Part shown: positions 48,017 through 58,221 of the stretch, piece after piece | Position numbering within the stretch: position 1 is the first letter of the stretch | Layout of the letters: every line of letters begins with the position of its first letter | NCBI GenBank assembly: GCA_965645245.1 | Contig: OZ287067.1 | Span: 2,232,001-2,296,000, forward strand | From: Massalongia carnosa | Taxonomy: Eukaryota | Direction of reading: 5' to 3' | DNA length: 64,000 nt | Translations under genes and position numbers: made by a program | Notes under the pieces: model-generated | What the model was told of the DNA's origin: nothing | Database searches by the model: none | Seen by the model: the letters and a program-made list of their open reading frames with translations, nothing else

Positions 48017-49523
48017 CTAGAAAAACCTCTGCTGAGGTGGAATGGCGGCGGTGGCGGCGGAAGCGATGGAAGAAGCTGCTTGATGAGGAGGTTGCGCTGG
48101 TGAGATCTGTGGTACGGTGGCGGAAAAGGTAGGTCTGGTAGGAGGGGCTGCTACTAGCACAAATGGTGCTGCTGCGGCGGTGGAGGGAGCAAACTGACGA
48201 CGAGGAGGTGCCGCTATTGTAAATGGTGCTGCAGTGGCGGACATGGTAGATCTGGCTGGAGGAGGCGGTGCTGGCATAAATAGAGCGGCGGCGGCGGTGA
48301 AAGCTGGTTGGCGAGGAGGATGCGGCGGTAAAATTGGTGCTGCGGCGGCGGAAAAGGCTGGTCGGTGAGGATGAGAAGCAGATAGTTGTGATGGTGGTAT
48401 TGGAGGTGGTAGAGAATGGCGTGCAGGCGGGGCCGAGGTTGGGACTGTTGTCCGTGCGAGTTCTCTTATCAGTGCGAGATTGAGTGGCTCAATCTCGGTT
48501 TTCAAACCCGCAATTTCTTACTCTCTCTTATCGCGAATCTTTACTTATCGCCTGTTTAGGCCTTCTACAACCTTAGCCAGACCTCTCTCTCCAAGCGCGG
48601 CGCGCTTGTCCCTTTCCCCAGTTGCGGTTGCTATTCCGATTCGATGGGCAAGCCGAAGAGCGTTGGAAGGGCCGTTGGTGTGAGAGGAGAAAGTGGTGTT
48701 GGTGGCGGTGGAGGGAGACGAAGAGATGGCGGTGCCGGCAGGCATGTAAACCACATCTTGGGTGTAGTTAGTGGTGAGGAAGGCCTTGTCTGGGACATGG
48801 CCGGTAGGAAAAATGGAGTTAGAGGTGAAGGTGGTGGCGCGGGAAGACAAGCAGCTGGCGCGGCGGGCAAAAACTTGAACCAAGATCGAACAAGGAAGAG
48901 CTTGGGTAGGAGAGTTGGTGTCAATGGGCAGGGTGGCGGAGGGAAGGTGCGTGCCAAGGGACTTGCAGGAGCAGAACAAACCAGTCCACTGTTGGGGATG
49001 AATTGACGCTTGCAAAAGAGAAGTCCTTGTCGTCGTTGTTGTCGTCCCATGCCATTTGGAGGGTGCTTTGGTGATGGCGCTTTTGGCCGAGAAAAGGATG
49101 CTCCATGAGGTGAGCGTTTGTCGAAAGAGTTATTTGGAGAATTGATTCTCCGAGACGAACGAGAAGCTCCCACAACAACGCGTCAACTGATGCCTCTGGT
49201 AATGGTAGCTCCTCCGAGAAGACTGGTTTTTCCTCATCGAAGCTTTCTGTTGGCATTGGTCGAGGTGCTTCGGCCCGGAAAGACTGGTCCATTGACGGCA
49301 GCGCTGGAGGTGCTTCGGCAAGAAAAGACAGGCTCATTGTTAGCATCGTGTCCCACATGTCGGGATCGACGAATGCACGAGGAAACGGTGCTGCTGAGGG
49401 AGAGGGAGGGTGTGAGCCTGCTGTGATGTACGGTGCCAGCCCATCAAACACAATAGAGTTCAGCGCGAGGAAAGAAGAGAACAAAGCAGCGATGCTTGCG
49501 ATGATGAATTGGAGGAGAGCCAT
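48017..49523 (-). pseudogene. Decayed Pro/Ala-rich protein with a coiled-coil-like segment, unknown family
   Basis: Three consecutive minus-strand ORFs. LAKVVEGLNRR*VKIRDKRE*EIAGLKTEIEPLNLALIRELART reads in one frame through two TAA stops. Hydrophobic N-terminus. Confidence 0.4.
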
Positions 49524-50932
49524 TGCTTCTGCGAAGGCGAATAAAGATGTCTTGTATGATGCTTTTATTAAGGAAGTGAAGGTGAGAAGCTGAAATAAAG
49601 CTAGGCTTGTGAAGAGCGATTGGGATAAACGAGGTGGTTGTAGAAGCTCTTGAGCAACGAAGCCTTTTGGAAGAGATGCTCTTTGGGTAAAGCGGTTGGG
49701 TGGACGAAGTCAAGTAAGGAGTCAGGTATGATGAGGTTAGGTGAAGAGGCTGTGTTGAGGTAGCTTTTAAGTTAAGAGACTGGATAGAACTAGCTTTGAA
49801 GTTAAGGTATCTGTAGCAAAGTCTGTGATCTTCGAAAAAGGTTGTTTGAAAGAAGGCTTTGCTGGGGAATTATACCCTCCAAGGAAAGGCCAGTGCTCTG
49901 CCCATGACAATAGCAAAAGTGCCCGTCAATAAGAATATCAAGCTTGAAACATCAGGGGGTTTGTTTGGCAGCGTACTAGTCCTCCAAAATGGTAAGAAAG
50001 CGTTAACATCAATAGAGATTCTTGCAAGTGACACGTCAGGGATTTTTCAAGATCGGATTATTTTTCTGCAACGACGACAAGCAGGGTTCGGATCAATAGG
50101 GGAATCTCTCAAGGGTGAAACCAACAGGGGCTTTTCAGCATCAGCTTTTGTTCTCTAAGAGGGCAGCAGAAAGCGGGCCCATCAACAGAGAACCTATCCG
50201 AGTCGAAACCTCAAGGTCTAATAAGTACCTACTTGCTTTGGTGATCGCGCTAGCCATATTCTCATCAATGGGGAGATTTCGAAGCTAGAACCATCAGGCG
50301 TTTCGCGAGAAAGCTGTGACAGTAACAGCAACAGCAACGGTCATCTCATTACATTAGCTATTGCGGAAATGTCAAGTATGCTACTGTTGCACTAAGAGAA
50401 ACAAGTAGGAACTGATGAAGCTTGATGAGGTCCCATTCCTAGAACCTAGCCTCAATGACAGACTCCATCTTTTTAACATAAAATTACGGGACATAGCTGA
50501 GACTATAACGTCATCAATGCCAATACTTTAGAATCCCATGCAAGGCAGATATCTGTAATATGTGGAGGTATGCAGGGCAAAGGCCAAGGTGCTACTCATA
50601 GATTGTGTTGAGCTATGAGCAGACCGTTGTGAAAAATCCGCCAATCCGAACGCTGGCAATAATTTTTCTCAATCAATAGGGACTTGACAATTATGAAATT
50701 TTGAAAGATCCCACTGAGAAATTCAGATGCTTTATAGGAGATATATCATTTTATGCGTTTAAAGAATACATAGATTATCCTATTCGTATGATTTTTATTT
50801 TAATACTTTTCTCATTTGTTTTTGTAGTTGCAAGATGATCTCAAGGTTCTGCACTTTTGCCAAAATAATTGGGAACGAAATTGCTGGTACGTGCGAAAAC
50901 GAAGTCCGATAGAGGAGATACAAGGATCCAGC

Positions 50933-53663
50933 GGGAGGCTGTAAAACTCAGAGGTTTTCTATTTTCCATACCATTTAGCTGCCGCAGCCAATTAGTAAGC
51001 TGGCACATGACCAAATCTCGTAAATATTAATGTCGCGTCTTCCAACCGTAATTCTCATCCCATGGTTACCCCTTATTATCACTTTTCTCATACCTCGCTG
51101 CTCTCATTTATTGAGGCTATTCAAGATGTCTTCGTACTTAGATACCACCAAGCCCGAAAGCGACGTCGACAGTCAGCTAGATAGTCAGCTGGATAGTCAG
51201 CTCACCGTCGCCAGAGGATCTTCTCGCTCCGATTCGACCCCTATTTCCACTGTCTTGGCTCTACCTTCTCATCTGGTCTCGATGCGTCAGCTTGTCTTTG
51301 CATTAGATGCACCAATAACTTGGACTGCGGATAATTATGCTTCATACTGGCCGTTTATGGACAACATCTGGGTGCATAATCACACGGAGCCTATTACCAA
51401 GAAGAGAACTCAAAAATCATATTGGTTTTGCAGACTTTGGAAGCAAGATGCTGACATTAAAAGTCAAGGTTCAGGACGACGTGCTAAACGAATGCGGTTA
51501 ACTGATGCTTGCTCTATAAAGCTGGCTATGATCAAACAATTTGATGAGATCAATGAATTGTTGACGGTGACTTTGAGTCGTCACGTCAACAAGAAGCTTG
51601 ACGACTCAGTTAATCAGCTGCAACATAATCACATTTTGGAGGTTGTGGACAATATCAAAATCAACTCCGCCATCAGACTGACGGCTGGTAAAGAGGTGGC
51701 AAAAGGATATACCCCGGGAGACGTCAATCGAAACATGCAGGGCGTTAGATGGGAAGGGAATCTTGAAACTTTGAAACAGGCCGGGGGGTCGAATTTCAAC
51801 TTTCAAACCGTATACAATGCTGGAAGAAGCTTTAAAAAGCAGAATCCTGATGCACGAATTCAGGGAGCTAGGGAGTCATGGATTAATCAATTGAATAGCT
51901 GTTTTGATGCATTGCAGGCATTGGGTGAAGATGTTCTAGCTGCAAAGCTTGAAATAACTCGTCTCATTGATAGAGAAAGATCACATGCAATAGCATTTGC
52001 AAAAAGATCTCGGTTATCAGTATTGATGAAACGTGGACATCTGACATTGATGGACAGTACTCATAACACCAATCAGCTAAAATGGAAGTTATTTACATTG
52101 ATGATTCGTGACGAATATGGAAGCTGGATTCCCGGAGCCCACATGCTGAGTAGTAACGAGGACGGTGACATTATAGGAGAGTTTCTTCGTCAGATTAAGC
52201 GATGGTCTAGAGCTTGGAGACTTCGATACATTATCACCGACGATTCTGCAGCTGAACAGCGAGGGGTCAGTCTTGCATTTCGAGGGTTGATCGACGGGGA
52301 GATGGAGGTTACTCATCTACTTTGTCGGACTCACTCCGAGCGTACCCTGAATCGAAAATTGGTCGGTCCCAATTGCAAAAATGCAAAAAAGCATTTGTAT
52401 GATGCTCTATATTTCAGAAAAACGGAGCTCGGATGCGATGATAGTCTCAAAAAGGCATTGGCAGCTGCCCCTGAAGAAAAACGTCAATATATAGATCGAG
52501 AATGGGTGCAGACTAAATCCAAATGGGCTAATTACGCACGTCAGCATTCATGCATTTTACTGCAGTGCATGACGACTAATGCGGTAGAATCCTGGCACGC
52601 ATCTATTAAAAAGCATGCTGACGGTGAGACTATTTCTTGAGCTTCATTCGTCATACTAATTAGTACTGTAGGTAAAGCGCATTTCATGACTTTTTCTCTG
52701 ATCGGGGCTGCAAGCCATGTGATTCGAATCGGGGATCAATGGGAAAATCGAGCCCGCAGCGAAGAGGCTAATTTTCGTACTACTATGACTCCCGAATGTC
52801 AGGAATGCCCATATCTTCGAAAATTTCCCTATCCCGTGCAAATGCTCATAGTTGATCAATGGAAGCTAGCCGCTAGAAGTTTAGCAGACGGTGATGAGCC
52901 GGCAGGTGAGCTGCCTGATGAGCTAATCTGTCCTGTAGACTGTCTATTTTGGCGTCAGTATCAACTCCCATGCAGACACTTGTGGCACTATAACATCGTT
53001 TTCGACGCGTTTCAGGAAGTCAATTGGACAGTCTGGGCGGAGATGTTTGAGGATAGCGGCTTCGAGGTGTATGAAACGTCGACTAGGCTGGATTTTGATC
53101 ATCACGAGGAGGTAGAAAGATCGGATCGACATATGCTACAGATGAGAGAGGTTTTGGACGCAATTAGAGACAAATACTACGAAATAGCCGAGTACACCGC
53201 CGAATGGACTGCCGAGGAAAGAAATCCACAAATAAAGCGATGGCTAGACTGGTTGGAGAAGTCGACTGGACTAATTAGAAGACGGGGGGTGGAGGAGGCC
53301 TTGCAGGAGTTGGAAGATGAGGAGACGACGACGCTGGCGATGACGATGGCGGCGGAGGAGAGTAGGAATCGTCGGCGGGATGATGACGAATAAAGAGGGA
53401 AATAGGGGGGATTTTATTAGGGGCCGCGGGGAAATTTTTTTATGTGGGCAGCGGCGGGAACTTTTATGTGGGCGCCGGGGGGGCGCCGGGGGAGGGTTCT
53501 ATGTCGGCGAGTTGAATAACTTCAAAACTTGGCGACAGCAGGGTGAGTTGGTATGTAGGGAGATGTAGGTAGGGAGGGGTAGGTAGGGGTAGGATGCTTA
53601 TTAAGCGGCTGCGGCAGCTAAAAGATAGGAAAATTACAAAACCTCTGAGTTATACAGTCACCC
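50933..53663 (+). mobile_element. Mutator-like (MULE) DNA transposon
   Basis: 68-bp imperfect TIRs at 50933-51000 and 53596-53663 (GGGAGGCTGTAAAACTCAGAGGTTTT...TTTAGCTGCCGCAGCC versus GGGTGACTGTATAACTCAGAGGTTTT...TTTAGCTGCCGCAGCC); no TSD seen. Confidence 0.92.
51126..53393 (+). CDS. MULE transposase with SWIM zinc finger (intron 52624-52671; ~739 aa, intact)
   Basis: LMDSTHNTN..KWKLFTL, IITDDS, LLCRTHS (CxxH), TTNAVESWH, SWIM-like CPVDCLFWRQYQLPCRH. A GTGAGA..CTAAT..TAG intron joins the two ORFs in frame. An upstream in-frame ATG exists at 51030. Confidence 0.9.
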
Positions 53664-55875
53664 ATCGCAAACATACAACGTCTTAAGTCCGACAAGGCTC
53701 CGGGCCCTGACGGGATCACCAACAGAATTCTCAAGGCATGCTCCACAAAGCTAGCAGAGCTGCTAACCCCTTTAATTCAGGCTTGCGTCACGCATGCGTA
53801 TCATCCCCGCGAGTTCAAAAGAGCAAACACGATCGCGCTCAAAAAACCGGGAAAGAAAGACAATACCAGTACAAAGGCATACAGACCCATAGCTTTACTG
53901 AACACAATGGGTAGGTATTAGAAGCAGTCATCGCAAGGAAGATCACTCATATAGCGGAACAGCACCGGCTCCTGCCAGACACACAAATGGGTGCTCGGCG
54001 TGGCCGATCTACCGAGTCTGCGCTCGAACTCCTCACCGAACAGGTACACACTGTATGGGGACAAGGCAACAACAAGGTGGCAACTCTCCTCAGCATGGAT
54101 GTAGCAGGCGCATTCGACACAGTGTCTCATCGTAGGCTGATACACAATCTGCGAAAAAGGAAAATCCCGAAATGGATCACAGACTGGACGGCAAGCTTTC
54201 TGAAGGAAAGAAGAACCACGCTAACGATAAACCGGCGAGTAACCGAGGAGTTCGCGGTGCGCACGGGCATTCCTCAAGGCTCACCCATTTCCCCTATTCT
54301 CTACCTGTTCTACAATGCGGACCTTTTAGAGATATGCGAGAGACCCGGCACAAACAAGAGCGCGCTAGGATTTGTAGACGACGTAAATGTGTTGGCATAC
54401 GGCAAAAGCACGGAAGAAAACTGCAGAACCCTCAAAAGAATTCACAGAAAATGCGAACTATGGGCGGCACGCCACGGGTCCGTATTTGCACCGGATAAGT
54501 ATGAGCTCATTCATTTGTCCAGAAATCCAAAGAAATTCGACATGTCGGCTACTATTTAAATAGAAAACAACCTAATAGAACCAAAAACGGACATACGAGT
54601 TCTGGGCCTCCAAATCGACACCAAATTGAAATAGGGAGCCCACATACGGAAAACACAGGAAAAGATGACGTCGCAGTCGCTGGCGCTCACAAAAATATCG
54701 ACATCTACCTGGGGAGCTTCTTTCGCGAAGGCCCGGCAGGTTTACACCGTCGTCGTTCGCCCGGCAATGACTTATGGAAGCACCGTGTGGCACACACCCA
54801 GGGAAATCAAGAAAAACAAGGCCACGACGTCCAAACTCAGCGTCATGCAGAACAAATGCTTACGCACCGTGACAGGGGCGTTCAAGGCAACACCCGTCGA
54901 AGTTCTTGAAGCGGAAACGTTCATCGCCCCCATGGAGTTGCATCTGGACAATCTACAGATAAAATCAAGGTATCGTCTACGGGCCGCAGGGCAGGCGAAA
55001 CTGATTTCCAAAGCCTGCAACACAATAGCGAGCAAGCTACGGGGTAAGGCAGGACGCAAAAGAACGCAACACCTCACCCCAGGAGAGTTGAAATACGAAT
55101 GGGCCAGCAAAATGTTGAATAACGAGGTACCAGTCACAATGCCCCCATCGCCCCCGCCCTGGTCCACACCCGACCCGGCGCACCTCGAAAAATGCACCAC
55201 GACACGCCATACCATAGAGAAACACACAAAGGCCACCACAGAACGCATCAAGGAACGCTGGGACTCCAAATGGAAGACGTACCAGAACCGCATTCCCCGC
55301 CTGACAGAGGCACAGTTGGGATCTCTCAGTAGGACGAGACTGAAAATTCACAACAACCTGATGAAAGCGGAAAGCGCGCTAACCACGCAAATCCGCACCG
55401 AAAAAATAGGCTTGGCAAACTTCCTGTTCAATCGTCGGGTACCGGGCGTTATGACCCCGGCCTGCTCGTGCGGATGGCAGAAGCAGACAGCCAAACACAT
55501 TATTCTACATTGCAGGCTAATCGACGGCAGATACGAAGTGCTAAAACAAATAGGCACCAACGACTATCGAACGATCATGAGCTCGTCGAAAATGTTGAAA
55601 AAACTAACCACATGGATAATAAAAGCAAATTTGCTGACCCAATTTTCACTAGCATCGCAACTGTTATACGAGTGATAACTCTCATTTGGTCAAGGATTTC
55701 ACAGAACATCGAGCGAAGAATGCAGTCCAGAAACAGAACACGTTTGGGATAATGGCGCAGTCTGCATGGTTTTTATCCCTTTAAAAGGTTTTCCCTGTAA
55801 GAATAAGTAGATAGCCCGCATGGGCAGGCCTTCGGCCGGTGTCAGATCGGTACAAGAATCAATCATCATCATCAT
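53664..55875 (+). mobile_element. 5'-truncated Tad-like LINE (non-LTR retrotransposon), inactivated
   Basis: RT motifs KAPGPDGI, YRPIALLNTMG, QMGARRGRST, MDVAGAFD, GIPQGSPISPILY, FVDD, FAPDKYELIH; C-terminal zinc motif CSCG..QTAKHIILHC; (ATC)n tail ~55858-55875. Frameshift near 53913, stops at 54557 (TAA) and ~54632 (TAG). Confidence 0.93.
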
Positions 55876-56806
55876 AGTTAAAGGTCCTCAAATAGATATA
55901 AAAGGTAACAAATATTCAATTCAATGATCTTTAAGAAAAGAGAAACAAAATATCTGCAGCGTGGTCCACAAAGCGTGCAAGACTCATATTATCGGAACTG
56001 TACATGACAAATCGTAGCTATCGTTGAGAAGAATTTCCTCTGTTCATCTTCACTGATTTGAAAGAGCAAAAATTCCAACACTAGCAGTGGAAAGATTGTT
56101 CGTAGACCGTTGGGCCATCGGTGAGGCTGGTTGAGTTCCTAATTGATCATTCATCCTACGTGATATCATTATAGCACCACAAGAACGAGCCCGGAGCTTC
56201 CTGGGTTTGTCTTTACCTCTAGTTATGAGGAATCTAGGCAAGAAATTGACAGCTTTGGCTTCGGTCAAAGGATCACGCTAAGGGTCTCCTGACATGATTT
56301 CCCCAAGGAATGACGTTCAGATGCAGTTCTATCCTGACACTCGGCACACGCGGAAAAACTCCTCGGGTCCGTTCATCCGTTCATCCGTTCATCCGGTCGC
56401 CGGTCGGTTCGGCGAAATCTGCAAGTTCCCCCGTCCCGGCAAATCGTCCGTAGCGTCAGTCATCTCAACTAACCGTGACGAGCTAGCACTACGAGGAAAA
56501 GTTTCCATCCCACTCCTTATGAGAAAATCGTTCCTTCCCGCATCAATAAATAGAGCATTATGACAAGAGCCTCCATTACATTTCTGACTTCGCGGGGTTA
56601 AATTTCCTCTCTTCTCAGAAAACCACGGACTAATAAACCTTTCACCCGCCGCCTCGCATGCATGCATGCATGCAGGCTCGTCTTCTTTGCTGACAGAAAT
56701 CCTCCATTGTCAAAAAGTCTCAGCACCAAGAAACGACAATAGCTATCACTCCCCAAAACTAGTATATTCTTAACCGCAACCCTAGTCCCAGCACTCGAGA
56801 GAAACA

Positions 56807-57388
56807 ATGCCCACCTCCCGCCCCTTCCTCTCCAACTTCCTCGCCGCTTTCCGGGCTCATTCCGCCCTCGCAAACCCTGCCCCGCCAACCCCCTCCTCTC
56901 CGCCACAATATACATCCCTTGCCAGCAACGCGGCTCGTACCCTAGCCACTAATTCCGCTTCCTCGTCGAAACCTACTCCTGGCCCAACGACTACAGCCTT
57001 ACAGCCCGCTCAAACTACTACCGCCACCGCCACTGCGGTAGCAGCAGCGGCCCAGAACCATTTCTCGCATACACGGCATTCGCCCGCCGTCGCTTCCGCA
57101 ACTACTTCCAGCACCACGAACCCCCCCTCTTCATATCCACCTACAACTTCATCATCATCAGCATCCTCAGCCTCGTCCACAACAGCAACCACATCTGCAA
57201 TCCCTTTCCCGCCCCGCCGCAGAGGTAGCGACAGCTCCTCCGAAGGCGGATTTCGTGATGCGACGGGCGGGGAGAAGTGGTATGTAGGCGGACGGACGGC
57301 GGCGGGGGAAGAGCGATTTTACCGGTTGGGGGTTGTGAGACGGGAGGGAGCCTTGGGGAGGAGGAGCTTGGATCGATTGAGTTTATGA
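56807..57388 (+). CDS. Conserved fungal hypothetical protein, Ser/Thr-rich
   Basis: Single ORF with conserved-looking ends: RPFLSNFLAAFRAHS and RRRGSDSSSEGGFRD...EKWYVGGRTAAGEERFYRLG...SLDRLSL. I recall these from uncharacterised Pezizomycotina proteins. Confidence 0.8.
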   Translation: MPTSRPFLSNFLAAFRAHSALANPAPPTPSSPPQYTSLASNAARTLATNSASSSKPTPGPTTTALQPAQTTTATATAVAAAAQNHFSHTRHSPAVASATTSSTTNPPSSYPPTTSSSSASSASSTTATTSAIPFPPRRRGSDSSSEGGFRDATGGEKWYVGGRTAAGEERFYRLGVVRREGALGRRSLDRLSL

Positions 57389-58221
57389 GAGTGAGGGAGA
57401 GGGAGGGGGCAATTTGATTCTGGAGGGGGGCTGTATATAGATGATTTCGAAAACGCCATAGTGTGAAAAGCTTCAAGGGGAAAATGCGGCAGGGAATTAG
57501 AGGCATTTATTTACCATCGGGATCATTGGGGGGGTTTTCACGTCTGGGTGTTTCCGGAAGAGGATCTGGGAGCATGCCCTCCGGGTGGGCATAGAAGGTT
57601 ATTTAGTCCTTGTGGAAATTATGGGGGTTGGGGGGTGGAGGGCAGGATAATCTTCACTCTGTCATAAAGACTTTGTTGATAGCCAGCGGATTTGTGTCCC
57701 CCTTCCCCACATATCAACTAGACTCGTGGTCTCCTTGCGGCATTCTTCCATTTTCTTTTATCGATGTTTTTCTCTCTTTCATCCCCCCCCCAAAATCACC
57801 AATCCTCATACATACAGATAACCGCCCCCCTATTTTTTTCCAGAATGGTATGTACTGATGTACCCATGTACCTATGTATGTATATCTGGATGAACAGATA
57901 CTTATACGCAGTACCTCCGTCCCTCCCTGCCTACCTATCTTAGGAAAGACCTGGGCAGGGCAAGGCAACTGGTTTAAACAGGTAGATAGGTAGGTAGGTT
58001 AGCTAGGTTGCGGAGCGAGGGTTTTGAGTGGATGGGAGGATTGTGGGTTGGAGAGGAGGGGTGGGTGAGGGGGTGTTTGAGTCGAGAATGGGAGATTGCT
58101 TGAAGCGGAGGTTCAATGAAAGGTTTGAACAGTAAGGCAGGCGGAAAGTGAAAAGCGAGGTTTATATACGAGCGGTGAGGAGGCGAATGGTAAATGGCAA
58201 CAGAAAAAGGTATGCTTGGTA

